From positions 6,614 through 70,613 of the forward strand of contig CALBRZ010000043.1 of NCBI GenBank assembly GCA_937927735.1: DNA of 64,000 nt. Direction: 5' to 3'. This document shows positions 19,264 through 30,223 of this stretch, one piece after another (position 1 is the stretch's first letter; each line of letters starts with the position of its first letter). This DNA comes from an uncultured Planctomycetales bacterium. Its GTDB lineage: Bacteria > Planctomycetota > Planctomycetia > Pirellulales > S012-138. The translations under genes and the position numbers were made by a program. Below the pieces are notes generated by a model that did not search any database, was not told the origin of the DNA, and saw nothing but the letters and a program-made list of their open reading frames with translations.

Positions 19264-22053
19264 TTACTGGCCGAGCATTTCCTGGGCGACCTTGCGGGCC
19301 GTTTCCAGAGCTTCGGGCAGCTTGGAGGCATCCTTACCGCCAGCCTGAGCCATATCAGGCCGGCCGCCGCCACCGCCGCCCAGCACCGGGGCCACCTTCT
19401 GCACCCAGTTACCGGCGCTGACACCGCGATCGACCAGTTCGCGGCTGACACCAGCCACCAGCATCAGCTTGTCGCCGCTGCCACCCACCAGCAGCACGGC
19501 GATCGGAGCGTGCTGCTTGCGGAGTTGGTCGATCCACTGCCGCATCTGGTTGGGATTGGCACCAGAAACCTCGGCCACGACCACCTTGGCATCGCCCACG
19601 GTAATCGCCTGAGCGAGCAGGCTATCGGCCGACACCGTCTGAGCCTGCGACGCCGAAGCGATTTGTTCCTCGAGCCGGGCAATTTCGCTCAGCATGCCGC
19701 GCACGCGCTCGGGCACTTCGAGCAGGCCCGTGTTAAGATGCCGGGCCGCCTTCTCCAGCGCCTGGCGAGCCTCGCGGGTGCTGAGCGTGCCACCGCTCTT
19801 GCCTGAGGGCTGCGGCAGCTTCTCTACCGAGGTCGCACCAGCGGCAAGCTGCTTCTTCAACTGACGCACGTGCCGGGTGAGGGCTTCCACCTGGGCAGGC
19901 ACATCGGCCACCGACACGTTGAGGGCGGCCGCCGTTTCCTCCAGAGCCTGTTTCACCTGCTGGGCGTGTTGCCGGGCCTTCTCGCCAGTCAGGGCCGTGA
20001 TGCGCCGCACGCCGGCCGACACGCTTTCCTCGCTGAGGATCTGGAAGTCCTCAATCTCCTGCGTGTTGGTCAGGTGTGTGCCACCGCACAACTCGCGGCT
20101 GAAGTCGCCCATCGACACCATGCGAACCGGGTCAGGGTACTTCTCGCCAAAGAGCATCATGGCCCCCTGCTTGCGGGCTTCGGCCAGCGGCAGCGTTTCC
20201 CACTTGATCGGCGCAGCACTCTTCACGCGGCGGATCACCTCGTCCTCGATCGCTTCCAGCTGTTCCTTGCTGACCGCTTCGAGGTTGGTGAAGTCGAACC
20301 GCAGCCAGTCGTCGTCGACCTTCGACCCCTGCTGCTGCGCGTGCTTGCCCAGGTGCGATTGCAACGCGTGGTGCAGCACGTGCGTGGCCGAGTGAGCGCG
20401 GCGGATGCCCTGGCGCCGCTTGGCATCGACGCGGGCCGTCACCTTGGTGCGGGTAGCAAGCTTGCCTTCGCGGACGTGGCCCACATGCACGATCAGTTGA
20501 CCGTCGCGCTGGGTGTCGATGACCTCGAACCGCATGCCGGGAGCGACGATCTCACCGGTGTCGCCCACCTGACCGCCCGCCTCGCCGTAGAACGGGCTCC
20601 GATCGAGCACCACCTGGATCGGCTGATCGTGCCCTTCTTCCTGGACCGAGTCACAAAGCTGGTTGGCCGCCACAATGGCAACGACTTCGGCCTCGGCTTC
20701 GGTGGTCTCGTAACCCAAGAACTCGGTGTGGCCCACGGCCCGCTTGATCGCCTCGAGCGGATCGTGCTTGAACAGCGGACCAGAGGGGCCTTCATCGCCC
20801 CGGGCGGTGAGCTTGCGGAAGCCCTGCCAGTCGAACGTGAAGTTGTGCTCGGCCGCGATCTGCTCGAACAGCTCCGGCGGGAAGCCGTGCGTATCGTACA
20901 TGAAGAAGATGTCGTCACCGCGGACCACGGCCCGGTTGTCGCGCCGCATCTCGTTGAAGATCGACTCGATCTTGCTTAAGCCGGCGTCGATCGTGCCCAG
21001 GAACGCGGCTTCTTCCTGCCGGATCACCTTGGCCACGCGTTCGGTGGTTTCGGTGAGTTCCGGATAGGGCTGCTTCATCATTTCCACGACCGTCGGCACC
21101 AGCAGGTGCAGGAACGGTTCGCGCATGCCCATCTGGTGGCCGTCGAGCACGGCCCGGCGGAGCAAGCGGCGGATGACGTACTTTTCCTTGTTCGGGCCGG
21201 GGTACACGTTTTCGTGCACGGCAAAGGTGCAAGCCCGAACGTGGTCGGTAATGCGGCGGAGCCGGCGGCCGTCGTCGCTGGCCGGATCGTACTTGCGGCC
21301 ACAGACTTCAGCGGCGGCTTCCACGATCGGCCGCAGAATGTCGATATGGAAGTTGGAATCCACGCCCTGCAAGGTGGCGGCGCAACGCTCCAGGCCCATG
21401 CCCGTATCGATGTTCTTGCTGGGCAGCGGGCGGAGGTTATTCGGCGGATCGCCTACCCGGTTGAACTGCGTAAACACCAGGTTCCAGATTTCCACCTCAC
21501 CGCCGGTGGGCGGGTGGTAGAAGATTTCGCTGCACGGACCGCACACGCCGTCGGGGCCATGGGTGGGGGCGCCGGCGGGCCAGAAGTTGTCGTCCTCGCC
21601 CATCCGCACGATCCGGTCCGACGACAGACCGATATCCTTGGCCCAGATCTCGGCAGCCTCGTCATCTTCCAGATAGACCGATACTGACAGCCGGTCCGGA
21701 TCGAGGCCCAGCCATTTCTTGGAGGTCAAAAACTCCCAGGCCCAGGCGATGGCTTCCTTCTTGAAGTAATCGCCAAAGCTGAAGTTCCCCAGCATCTCGA
21801 AGAACGTGTGGTGGTACGCCGTACGCCCCACGTTATCGATGTCGCCCGTGCGGAGGCACTTCTGGCAGGTAGTGGCGCGGGTGAACTCGAGTTTGCAGCG
21901 TCCCAGGAAGTGATCCTTGAACTGGTTCATGCCTGCCGGCGTGAACAGCACGGAGGGGTCCCAGGTGGGGACCAGCACGTCGCTGGGACGGCGGACGCAG
22001 CCCTTGGATTCAAAAAACGTTAAATAGGCTTCCCGCAACTCGTCGGTTTTCAT
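19264..22053 (-). CDS. alaS: Alanine--tRNA ligase
   Basis: 929 aa from [18 protein letters not shown]. Motifs [29 protein letters not shown], the editing-domain [11 protein letters not shown] and CGGTH. The 187-codon upstream extension of the track ORF is Arg/Pro-rich junk. Confidence 0.95.
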   Translation of the reverse strand: MKTDELREAYLTFFESKGCVRRPSDVLVPTWDPSVLFTPAGMNQFKDHFLGRCKLEFTRATTCQKCLRTGDIDNVGRTAYHHTFFEMLGNFSFGDYFKKEAIAWAWEFLTSKKWLGLDPDRLSVSVYLEDDEAAEIWAKDIGLSSDRIVRMGEDDNFWPAGAPTHGPDGVCGPCSEIFYHPPTGGEVEIWNLVFTQFNRVGDPPNNLRPLPSKNIDTGMGLERCAATLQGVDSNFHIDILRPIVEAAAEVCGRKYDPASDDGRRLRRITDHVRACTFAVHENVYPGPNKEKYVIRRLLRRAVLDGHQMGMREPFLHLLVPTVVEMMKQPYPELTETTERVAKVIRQEEAAFLGTIDAGLSKIESIFNEMRRDNRAVVRGDDIFFMYDTHGFPPELFEQIAAEHNFTFDWQGFRKLTARGDEGPSGPLFKHDPLEAIKRAVGHTEFLGYETTEAEAEVVAIVAANQLCDSVQEEGHDQPIQVVLDRSPFYGEAGGQVGDTGEIVAPGMRFEVIDTQRDGQLIVHVGHVREGKLATRTKVTARVDAKRRQGIRRAHSATHVLHHALQSHLGKHAQQQGSKVDDDWLRFDFTNLEAVSKEQLEAIEDEVIRRVKSAAPIKWETLPLAEARKQGAMMLFGEKYPDPVRMVSMGDFSRELCGGTHLTNTQEIEDFQILSEESVSAGVRRITALTGEKARQHAQQVKQALEETAAALNVSVADVPAQVEALTRHVRQLKKQLAAGATSVEKLPQPSGKSGGTLSTREARQALEKAARHLNTGLLEVPERVRGMLSEIARLEEQIASASQAQTVSADSLLAQAITVGDAKVVVAEVSGANPNQMRQWIDQLRKQHAPIAVLLVGGSGDKLMLVAGVSRELVDRGVSAGNWVQKVAPVLGGGGGGRPDMAQAGGKDASKLPEALETARKVAQEMLGQ

Positions 22054-22456
22054 GGCTTTAACTTCAAGGGGAACATGCGGTTCAGGCGTGTCATCATACC
22101 GTCTGCCTGGGCACGCGCGTAGGGAGCCGCGTTTGGGCTCTGTGGCCCATGCAGCGAGCCGCCTTGGCCTCGGCTTTCTACCGTTCAACTGCGTCTTTCC
22201 CAGGCTAGCCGCCTTACCAGGATCGCGGCCTGGCGGTGCGGCCCGAACCAGCCCGCGGCCGGCTTGTCCAAAGCCTTTGGGCGGTTGTTGTGCGGGCTGC
22301 CAGGCCCACTTTTGGCGCGGTGGCGGCCTGCCCCGCTTGACGAACCGCCACCTCAGGGGGCACCATTCAAGCCTGCAGGCTGTCGGTCTCTCGCCCCCAG
22401 TGGCGAGCCGCCGCCGTTTCCCTGCAAACGTATGCCCCCAGAGAAAGTTACGCTCG

Positions 22457-23212
22457 ATGACCGCCAAATTGATTCTACTGCGGCACGGCCAGAGTGCCTG
22501 GAACCTCGAAAACCGGTTTACCGGCTGGATCGACATCGACCTGTCGGAGAAGGGCCGCGAGGAGGCCAAGCAGGCCGGCGCGCTGCTCAAGGAGGCCGGC
22601 ATCGACATCAGCATCGCCTACACGTCGGTGCTCAAGCGGGCCATCCGCACCCTCTGGATCGCCCTTGATGAGCTGGATCGGATGTGGGTACCGGTCGTGC
22701 GTGCCTGGCAGTTCAACGAGCGGCACTACGGCGCGCTGCAAGGCCTGAACAAGGCCGAGATGGCCCAGAAGGCTGGTCCCGAGCAGGTGCACCAGTGGCG
22801 GCGAGGCTACGATGTCCGCCCGCCCGCGCTCGAAGAAACCGATCCCATGCACCCCAAGCACGATCCCCGCTACAAGCACCTCGATCCGGCCCTACTGCCG
22901 GCCACCGAGTCGCTCAAGGATACCTTGGGCCGCGTGCTGCCGTACTACCAGAGCGAGATCGTGCCGCGGCTGAAGCAGGGCGAAAACGTGCTGATCGCCG
23001 CCCACGGCAACAGCCTGCGGGCGTTGGTGAAGCACCTGGACAACATTTCCGACGACGAAATTGCCGATCTGAACATTCCGACCGGCATCCCGCTGGTGTA
23101 CGAGTTCGACGACAACCTGAACGTGGTTTCCCGCGGCTACCTGGGCGATCCCGAAGCAGCGGCCGCAGCCGCCGCGGCGGTGGCGGCCCAGGCTCAGGCC
23201 CAACCTAAGTAA
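22457..23212 (+). CDS. gpmA: 2,3-bisphosphoglycerate-dependent phosphoglycerate mutase
   Basis: 251 aa from [19 protein letters not shown] and HGNSLRAL motifs. The track ORF start at 22052 is spurious. Confidence 0.93.
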   Translation: MTAKLILLRHGQSAWNLENRFTGWIDIDLSEKGREEAKQAGALLKEAGIDISIAYTSVLKRAIRTLWIALDELDRMWVPVVRAWQFNERHYGALQGLNKAEMAQKAGPEQVHQWRRGYDVRPPALEETDPMHPKHDPRYKHLDPALLPATESLKDTLGRVLPYYQSEIVPRLKQGENVLIAAHGNSLRALVKHLDNISDDEIADLNIPTGIPLVYEFDDNLNVVSRGYLGDPEAAAAAAAAVAAQAQAQPK

Positions 23213-23227
23213 GCCCCCCGACCTTAC

Positions 23228-24748
23228 ATGCACCAACCCGATTTCGAACAGTTCCAGGCCCTGGCGGCGAATGCCAACCTGGTGCCGGTCTATCGCAAGC
23301 TGCTGTCCGACACACTGACGCCGGTTTCCGCCTTCCTCAAGATCGATCGCGGAGCCTGTGCCTGCCTGTTCGAAAGCGTGGTGGGCGGCGAAAAAGTGGG
23401 CCGCTACAGCTTCCTCACCTCCGATCCCTACGAGCAGTTGGAAGCGTACGGCCACCTGGTTCGCCGCGTGCGCTACCTGCCCGATGGCAGCACCGAAACC
23501 ACCGAAGAAGAAGTCGCCGACCCGCTCGCCGTGCTCGAGGCCATCGTCTCCAGCAAACGGGCGGCGGTGATCCCGGGCATGCCGCCGTTCTGCGGCGGTG
23601 CGGTGGGCTACGCAGGCTACGACACCGTGCGGTACGTCGAGAAGCTGCCCAATGCCCCGCCCGACGACCGCCACCTGCCCGACATGGCGTTCGCGCTCTA
23701 TGGATCGATGGTCGTGTTTGACCACATCCATAAGACGCTGTTCGTGGTCGCGCTGGCCGAAACCGGCGACGGCGTCGACCTGCGGAATTCGTACGACGAC
23801 GCCTGCCGCCGGGTCGATGCCCTGGTGGCGCAGCTCCAGGAGCCCGACGTCGATCTGCACGTCACCGACCTGGTCGACGCCGATCCCGATGAACTCCAGG
23901 TGCAGTCGAACTTCCGCCGCGAGGATTTCGAGGCGGCCGTCGAACGCTGCCTGGAGTACATTCGCGCCGGCGACATCTTCCAGGTGGTGCTCAGCCAGCG
24001 GATGCAGACCACGATCACCGCCTCGCCGCTGGAGATCTATCGTACGTTGCGGGTGGTGAACCCCAGCCCTTACATGTTCTACCTGCGGACGCCCAACGTA
24101 ACGTTGGTGGGCAGCTCGCCGGAGATCATGGTGCAGGTGCAGAACGGCGTGGTGGTCACTCGCCCGCTGGCAGGCACGCGTCCCCGCGGTGCTACCCCGG
24201 AAGAAGATCGGCGGCTGGCCGAGGAGCTGTTGGCCGATCCCAAGGAACGCGCCGAGCACGTGATGCTGGTCGACCTGGGCCGCAACGATATTGGCCGCGT
24301 GGCCAAGTTCGGCAGCGTCGAACTTTCCGACGTGATGACCATCGAACGCTACAGCCACGTGATGCACATCACCTCCAACGTGCGCGGCCAACTGGACGAA
24401 GGCCGCACGGCGTTCGACGCCCTCAGGGCCTGTTTGCCAGTGGGCACGGTTTCCGGTGCTCCCAAGGTGCGCGCGATGGAAATCATCGATGAACTGGAGC
24501 CGCACCGCCGTGGGCCATATGCCGGCGCCGTCGGTTACATCGACTTCAACGGCAACATGGATACCTGCATCGTGCTGCGGACGCTGGTCATCCAGGGCAA
24601 TCAGGCCTACGTGCAGGCCGGTGCCGGTATCGTGGCCGATAGCGTACCGGCCAACGAATACCAGGAAACCATGAATAAGGCCCGCGGCCTGCTCAAAGCC
24701 CTGGCCATGACAGAACGCCGCTGCCAGAAAGCCGCCTCGCAGAAGTAG
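23228..24748 (+). CDS. trpE: Anthranilate synthase component I
   Basis: 506 aa. [27 protein letters not shown] and [20 protein letters not shown] are typical TrpE motifs. Confidence 0.93.
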   Translation: MHQPDFEQFQALAANANLVPVYRKLLSDTLTPVSAFLKIDRGACACLFESVVGGEKVGRYSFLTSDPYEQLEAYGHLVRRVRYLPDGSTETTEEEVADPLAVLEAIVSSKRAAVIPGMPPFCGGAVGYAGYDTVRYVEKLPNAPPDDRHLPDMAFALYGSMVVFDHIHKTLFVVALAETGDGVDLRNSYDDACRRVDALVAQLQEPDVDLHVTDLVDADPDELQVQSNFRREDFEAAVERCLEYIRAGDIFQVVLSQRMQTTITASPLEIYRTLRVVNPSPYMFYLRTPNVTLVGSSPEIMVQVQNGVVVTRPLAGTRPRGATPEEDRRLAEELLADPKERAEHVMLVDLGRNDIGRVAKFGSVELSDVMTIERYSHVMHITSNVRGQLDEGRTAFDALRACLPVGTVSGAPKVRAMEIIDELEPHRRGPYAGAVGYIDFNGNMDTCIVLRTLVIQGNQAYVQAGAGIVADSVPANEYQETMNKARGLLKALAMTERRCQKAASQK

Positions 24749-24868
24749 CTGCTGGCGTTCGCGGCTGCCGCACGCCAGAGCGCGAACCGCCGCGGGGGCT
24801 TATGCGCCGCAGCCGACGCGACTACAATCGGGTGGACCGGCGGTAGCGTTCGCGAACCGCCGGCTCCG

Positions 24869-25867
24869 TTGCCGTGGTCACTTCTGATTCATCGTTTGCC
24901 TGCGAGCCGCCCGTTGAATGCCCCGCCCCCTCCAGGTCGAAGCACATCGGCGGTGTTCGCCTATGCGCAGTTGTTCCGGCTGCCGGCGTTGTTCACCGCC
25001 TTTGCCGACGTGCTGCTGGGCTACTTCATCGCTTACGGGCCGACGAATCCGTATTTCTCGGGCACCGCCCTGGCCATGCTGCTGGCAGCCAGCGGCTTTC
25101 TGTACACGGCAGGCATGGTCCTGAACGACGTGTACGACGCCGAGATCGACGCCCGCGAGCGTCCTCAGCGGCCGATCCCATCAGGCCGCGTGCCGCTCGA
25201 GATCGCCCGCCTGATCGGGTTTGAGTTCCTGATCATCGGCATGGCTTTCGGTTGGGGCGTGAGCTGGCTGGACGGCAGTTACCGGCCAGGCATGATTGCT
25301 TCGGTCCTGGCGCTGGCCGTGGTGATGTACGATAAGGTGCTCAAACGCACGCCGGCCACGCCGCTGGTGATGGGCAGCTGCCGTTTCCTCAACGTGCTGC
25401 TGGGCATGTCCACGCTGGCTCGACCGGTGGAAGCCTGGCATTACGTGATCGCCGGTGGGATCGGCCTGTACATTGCCGGCGTGACCTGGTTTGCCCGAAC
25501 CGAATCACGCACCAGCAATCGCTGGCTGTTGCTCTGGGGCATCGCCGTGATGGCCATTGGCCTGGGCATGGTGGCCTGGTTCCCCAACTGGTTCCTGCCG
25601 CCGGGAGAAGGCAACAATCCCATGCGCTACACCACGGTGATGCTGCTGCTGGCGGCTTTGATCCTGTGGCGACCACTTACGGCCGTGCTCGATCCCTCAC
25701 CAGCCAGGGTACAGTTCGCGGTGAAACATTGCTTGCTGGCGTTGATTGTGCTCGATGCCACCGTGTGCCAGGCGCTCGTCGGCGGTTACGCAGGCATGTT
25801 CATCATCGTGCTGCTGATTCCAACGCTGGGCCTGGGCTATTACATGAGCGGCAAGGCCATCACGTAA
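24869..25867 (+). CDS. UbiA-family aromatic prenyltransferase
   Basis: Polytopic membrane protein with NDVYDAEIDARERPQRPIPSG (NxxxDxxxD prenyl-diphosphate motif). TTG start as in the track ORF. The true start may lie downstream (for example GTG near 24952). Confidence 0.72.
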   Translation: MPWSLLIHRLPASRPLNAPPPPGRSTSAVFAYAQLFRLPALFTAFADVLLGYFIAYGPTNPYFSGTALAMLLAASGFLYTAGMVLNDVYDAEIDARERPQRPIPSGRVPLEIARLIGFEFLIIGMAFGWGVSWLDGSYRPGMIASVLALAVVMYDKVLKRTPATPLVMGSCRFLNVLLGMSTLARPVEAWHYVIAGGIGLYIAGVTWFARTESRTSNRWLLLWGIAVMAIGLGMVAWFPNWFLPPGEGNNPMRYTTVMLLLAALILWRPLTAVLDPSPARVQFAVKHCLLALIVLDATVCQALVGGYAGMFIIVLLIPTLGLGYYMSGKAIT

Positions 25868-26093
25868 CGCCATGCATGTTCGCCGCCCCCTGGCTCAATT
25901 GGCCCTATGATGGAAGAATGGGAAGCGTAGCGGCTGGGCGGATAGCCTACCGCATCCGCTGCGATGTATTTCCGCCGGCAGCTTCCGAGTTAATTGACCA
26001 GAAATACCGGACAGGGATGGTAGCCCCCGGTGACCACCCCTGACGATTGATTCGCCTTCCCCCTAACCTTTGCCCCCAGGGCAACCTGTCGCG

Positions 26094-26456
26094 ATGACCG
26101 ATTTTCGCTCCACGCTCGAAACCTTCGACAACCCGCACCCCGACCGCGATTACATCATCGAGACCGTGTGCCCGGAGTTCACGTCGGTATGCCCCAAGAC
26201 GGGCCAGCCCGACTTCGGCACACTCACCTTCACGTATGCTCCGGCTGGCAAGTGCGTGGAGCTGAAGAGCTTGAAGCTGTACTTGCAGCAGTACCGCAAC
26301 GTGGGCGCGTTCTACGAGGACGTGACCAACCGCATCCTCGACGACGTGGTGGCGGTCACCCAGCCCAAGTGGCTGCGGCTGGTGGCCAAGTTCACGCCGC
26401 GCGGCGGCATCTCGACCAGCGTTACCGTCGAATACCCGCAAAAGCCGGCCAGCTAG
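26094..26456 (+). CDS. queF: NADPH-dependent 7-cyano-7-deazaguanine reductase (type I)
   Basis: 120 aa. [17 protein letters not shown] (catalytic Cys) and the ELKSLKLYL QueF motif. ATG at 26094 preferred over the TTG at 26070. Confidence 0.9.
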   Translation: MTDFRSTLETFDNPHPDRDYIIETVCPEFTSVCPKTGQPDFGTLTFTYAPAGKCVELKSLKLYLQQYRNVGAFYEDVTNRILDDVVAVTQPKWLRLVAKFTPRGGISTSVTVEYPQKPAS

Positions 26457-26487
26457 AACGCCGCCTGACCAGCTTGGCTCGGTATGT

Positions 26488-27360
26488 TCACGCCGTCGCA
26501 GCAGGCTGGCGGTAGCGCCATGCCGCGGCTTCTTCGCCGTCCAAACGCAGGGTGAGGCACTTGGCACTGCCCCCTGCTTTAACAAACTCGTCCAGCGGTG
26601 TTTCGCGCGGTGTGAAGCCCCGGGCGGCCAGTTCCGCGTGCAACTTGGGACAGCCGGTGTTGGTCACCACCGTGCGGCCGACCACCACGGCGTTGCAGGC
26701 GAAGCGTTGGGCTTCCTCGGCTTGGACGGCGATCAGGTTCGGCACATGCGCGTGCAGGGCCTTCAAACCGTACTCGTCGAACGCGGCCGGGTAGTAAATC
26801 GCCGTCTCGGGGTCGAGCGGGCAGAAGCACGTATCGAGGTGATAGTAGTAGTGATCCACCAACTCCAGCGGGATCACCCGGCAGGAAAGCATCGCCCCCA
26901 ACTGCTGATGGCCAGCCGCGTCGCTGCGGATGCGGTAGCCGGCAAATAGCGTCTCGCCGCAGAACAAAGCATCGCCGGCGCCTTCAAAGGCGTATTCTTC
27001 CGGCAAACGCTGGATCTCAAAGCCGTGGGCTCTGAACCACGCTTCGTCGTGCTCGGTTTCACCCTGCCGCTGCGGGTGCAAAAAGTTCGCCAGCACGGCT
27101 AACTTGCCGCCACTGGCGTCGCCGTAGATCAACGCCGCATTGGCGGTGAAAACGAGGTCGGGCAGGCCCGGCACCGCGGGCATAGTATGCACCTTGGCCC
27201 CGGCATCTTCCAGAATGGCCTTCAACTGCTTCCACTGCTGGGCGGCTACGGCGCGATCGGCCTGCCGCGTCCGGTCCATCCACGGATTGATCTCATACTC
27301 GATGCCGTAATGGTCCGGCGGACACATCAGGATTTGTGGCTGTCTGCGCAGGTCGCTCAT
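26488..27360 (-). CDS. Guanidino-group-modifying enzyme fold protein (amidinotransferase/DDAH/arginine-dihydrolase-like)
   Basis: 290 aa. N-terminal ILMCPPDHYGIEYEINPWMD. C-terminal FVKAGGSAKCLTLRL (GGxxxC catalytic-Cys-type motif of this superfamily). Its ATG overlaps the upstream stop codon (ATGA). Confidence 0.72.
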   Translation of the reverse strand: MSDLRRQPQILMCPPDHYGIEYEINPWMDRTRQADRAVAAQQWKQLKAILEDAGAKVHTMPAVPGLPDLVFTANAALIYGDASGGKLAVLANFLHPQRQGETEHDEAWFRAHGFEIQRLPEEYAFEGAGDALFCGETLFAGYRIRSDAAGHQQLGAMLSCRVIPLELVDHYYYHLDTCFCPLDPETAIYYPAAFDEYGLKALHAHVPNLIAVQAEEAQRFACNAVVVGRTVVTNTGCPKLHAELAARGFTPRETPLDEFVKAGGSAKCLTLRLDGEEAAAWRYRQPAATA

Positions 27361-28640
27361 CGCTGGACGGTGCCTCCTTCGCCACGTTCCAACCGCTGCA
27401 GCTCATCCACCAGGATGCGCAGGAACGGTTCCACGTCGGTCACCAGCCCCGCGGTCTGGAAGCTGCCGCGGTCGTTCAGCTTGATCACGGTCGAAGGATT
27501 GATGTCGACGCAGAACACCTTGACCCACGCCGGCAACAGGTTGCCGACCGCCACCGAGTGCAGCGTGGTCGCCACCATCAGGCAGAAGTTGACGTCGCGC
27601 AGCTTCTGCCGCATCTGCCGCTGGGCTTCGAGCACGTCGGTGATGACTTCCGGGAGCGGGCCGTCGTCGCGGATGCTGCCGGCCAGCAGGAAGTCCACGT
27701 TGTTCTTCACGCACTCGTACATGATGCCCCGGGTGAGCACGCCCTGCTCCACCGCCTGGCGGATGCTGCCAATGCGGCGGATGCGGTTGATCGCCCGCAG
27801 GTGATGCTCGTGCCCGGTCTCGGCCAGCCCTCCGTGATCGAGATACACGCCCAGGCTGGTTCCAAAGAGGGCCTGCTCGATGTCGTGCGTCGCCAGGGCA
27901 TTGCCGGCAAACAGCAGGTTGATGTAGCCGCGGCGGATCAGCTCGCACAGGTGCTCGCCGCTGCCCGTGTGGACGATAGCCGGACCGCCCACCAGCACCG
28001 ACTTGCCGCCTTCCTGGCGGTTCTTGTACAGTTGCCGCGCAATGTCACGGATGGCCAGGCCCTTGGGCTTTTCCGACGACACGGCGCTGTTCATAAAGGC
28101 GAAGGTGTGCTGAGCCGTATCGCGTTCATGCGGAAACACGCGCACCCCGCTATGGCCGACGACCACCAGGTCGCCCACCTTGATCTCGTTCATCGGCACG
28201 CAGCGCGGCCGACGGGTCTGGGCATCAACCACAATCCCGCAGTCCATCTCCTGGTCGGCCACGGGGACCCAATGGCCATCGAGCCGAACTTCGGTGCGCT
28301 GGTTGGTGGTCGCGTAAAAGCCTTCCGGAAAAGCGCCCTCGACGTCGGCCGGCACCAGGCGGCAATCGACATCGGTGGTTGGCCGGGCACCGTGGTCGGC
28401 GATCTGTTCCAAGATCTGGGCAAGCGTGGCCTCGTCGGGCGCGCGCACCTCGACCAGCGCATAACTGGGATCGTTGCGAGCCTGCCCGATGGAAATCTGC
28501 TTGATGCGAAACGCGCCGCCATGCCCGGTGATGAGATCCAACACCTTGGGCAGGATCAGGCTATCGATGATATGGCCGGCAACTTCGACTTCTTCGACTG
28601 CGGCTAAGGCTTCGAGCTCCGCCGAAGGATTGGACTGCAT
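27357..28640 (-). CDS. LOR/SDH conserved-region family protein (TIGR00300-like; archaeal-type ornithine cyclodeaminase-like)
   Basis: 427 aa. N-terminal VEVAGHIIDSLILPKVLDLI and a Rossmann-like middle region, consistent with the LOR/SDH conserved-region family. Confidence 0.72.
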   Translation of the reverse strand: MQSNPSAELEALAAVEEVEVAGHIIDSLILPKVLDLITGHGGAFRIKQISIGQARNDPSYALVEVRAPDEATLAQILEQIADHGARPTTDVDCRLVPADVEGAFPEGFYATTNQRTEVRLDGHWVPVADQEMDCGIVVDAQTRRPRCVPMNEIKVGDLVVVGHSGVRVFPHERDTAQHTFAFMNSAVSSEKPKGLAIRDIARQLYKNRQEGGKSVLVGGPAIVHTGSGEHLCELIRRGYINLLFAGNALATHDIEQALFGTSLGVYLDHGGLAETGHEHHLRAINRIRRIGSIRQAVEQGVLTRGIMYECVKNNVDFLLAGSIRDDGPLPEVITDVLEAQRQMRQKLRDVNFCLMVATTLHSVAVGNLLPAWVKVFCVDINPSTVIKLNDRGSFQTAGLVTDVEPFLRILVDELQRLERGEGGTVQR

Positions 28641-28860
28641 CTTTCACCCTCCCTTGCTGGCGAGCCGCCGGTCGAGTGAAGTGCCCAGCCGGTAGGCTCC
28701 CGGCAATTCTAGCGCCGCGGCAATGGTAAACCAAGCCCGGCCCCCAGTGTCGACGCGCCCCGCCGAAACGCGCAAACTCAGCTCTCGGCAAGCATTACGG
28801 CACGCCCGCTACTATGGTTTACGCGGCAGCCGGCCCGGTGGTTGGGCGATCGCGGTGTCA

Positions 28861-29562
28861 TTACAGCCGGACGTCGTAACGGCGGCCATCGTGTTTGCCG
28901 GAGAACACGTCCAGCTTGGCAGGCCGTTCAATGAGCAGATGAACTTCGATGCGGGCGTGAGGGTTGGACGCATCGACCACGGTGCTGGGCCGCAACTGCA
29001 ACTCGCTGACCGGCTTGCCGTTCCAGCGCACGCGGTACAGGTACAAGCCGGGGTCGGGGCTGACTTCGCGTTTAAAGCCGTACATCTGCACGAGCCGCTG
29101 CGTCAGCGGTACGGCATTGCCCGTCGAACCGTGGAACACGATCCGCTGGAGCTTCTTTTCGCGGTCGAAAAAGTAGGTCAGCGAGCCGGCCAGGTCGTGC
29201 TCGCCCGTACCGGTAACCAGCGGTACGCGATACCCCTGCAGATCGGGCTGGTTGGAAATCGTAGAAACGCGCTGCCAGCGGCGGATCACCCAGTCGGGCG
29301 TAATCTCAAACCGGAACGGTTCCATCAAATCGCCGCTGAGGCTGCCTGTCAGCGAGGCTGAGGGCGTTTGCACCACCGCAGGCTGAGCCGCGGCGGCTGT
29401 CGTAGCGGCGGCCCCGGCGGCGTGCCCCTGGTGTTCGTCGAAGTGCTCGACGTGCGCGACCTCATCGGCGTGGTGGGGGTGGCTGGACTCGGAAACCATG
29501 TACGGGATGCCCACCGCTCCGGCGGCCATCGCCACAAGCGTTGCCGAGCGTCCCAGGAACAT
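28861..29562 (-). CDS. Hypothetical protein with N-terminal hydrophobic segment and His-rich tract
   Basis: 233 aa. Strong AGGAGGT lies 8 nt upstream of the ATG. MFLGRSATLVAMAAGAVGIPYMV is followed by SHPHHADEVAHVEHFDEHQGH (7 His), then a globular C-terminal region with no family recognised. Confidence 0.65.
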   Translation of the reverse strand: MFLGRSATLVAMAAGAVGIPYMVSESSHPHHADEVAHVEHFDEHQGHAAGAAATTAAAAQPAVVQTPSASLTGSLSGDLMEPFRFEITPDWVIRRWQRVSTISNQPDLQGYRVPLVTGTGEHDLAGSLTYFFDREKKLQRIVFHGSTGNAVPLTQRLVQMYGFKREVSPDPGLYLYRVRWNGKPVSELQLRPSTVVDASNPHARIEVHLLIERPAKLDVFSGKHDGRRYDVRL

Positions 29563-30223
29563 CTTTGGTTACCTCCTGATTTGCCGCGGGCGTACCAAGC
29601 CCCTAACCAAACTGGTACGCACCTGTTTCCGATCCATCGTTCATCTTCGGCGAGCGGAAGCTGCTGGCTTGCTTGACCGCCGCCGCCGCCGAGTAACCGG
29701 CAAATCCGGCGTAGAACGGCCGGAGTCATCAACGCGAGCTCCGGTAGCTCGCCTGCGTTCGATCTCCGCCGGCACCAGCACTGCAGCTCCCGGAAAAACC
29801 GACATTGCACGCACAGGCATTACATGCCGGAGCCGCTCGCTCCAGCCGAATGACCGTTCAGGCCGCAGCCGACTTTGCCGGTATTTCTGATGCCGCCCAA
29901 ACTGCCGATGCTAGCGGCTGGATCGCCGCCGCAACTCGCTTCGCCGCTCCCTCTAAACCGCAGACTTTGCCTAATCGGTCATCGCCCCAGCGACCAAGCC
30001 GGTCTCATGACAAGTACTTCATGTTCAAATCGTAGCGGTTGAACCGAAGAAGCCTTAACGGCGGTTTGTGCGATCAAACTTTGGCATTTGCGTCTTTCCT
30101 CCAACAGCACGCGCAATGCCCGCAATGGAACATCGCGGACACGCCGCGAAGATGTTGGCAGACGGTACGTGTGGGCGGCTGGTGGTGCATCGGCCCTGAC
30201 TTCACGATCACGAACGAGAGCTC

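Noticed and set aside
22054-22614. A 187-codon N-terminal extension of the alaS ORF. Analogous extensions occur on gpmA (22052..22456), the Trm112-family protein (11840..12748), pyk, the ABC exporter, the BI-1 gene and the Cys-rich protein ORF (31648..31899).
   Set aside because: The extensions are compositionally non-protein-like. Homolog N-termini begin at the internal Met residues I chose. In two cases a terminator or a neighbouring gene occupies the extension.
24754-24862. Repeated CGCGAACCGCCG (24781-24792 and 24851-24862) and the GTTCGCGAAC palindrome (24847-24856) between trpE and the UbiA-family gene. Similar TCGCGA-type palindromes lie at about 10239-10248 and about 54745-54762.
   Set aside because: These are short GC-rich palindromes or repeats containing CG-rich cores, which are expected frequently in this composition. 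The first pair may simply form a trpE terminator-like hairpin. No support for a specific function.
25868-26093. Possible preQ1 riboswitch upstream of queF.
   Set aside because: There is no short stem followed by the A-rich tail (…AAAAAACUA…) of preQ1-I, and no recognisable preQ1-II/III features. The leader is GC-rich and unstructured by eye.
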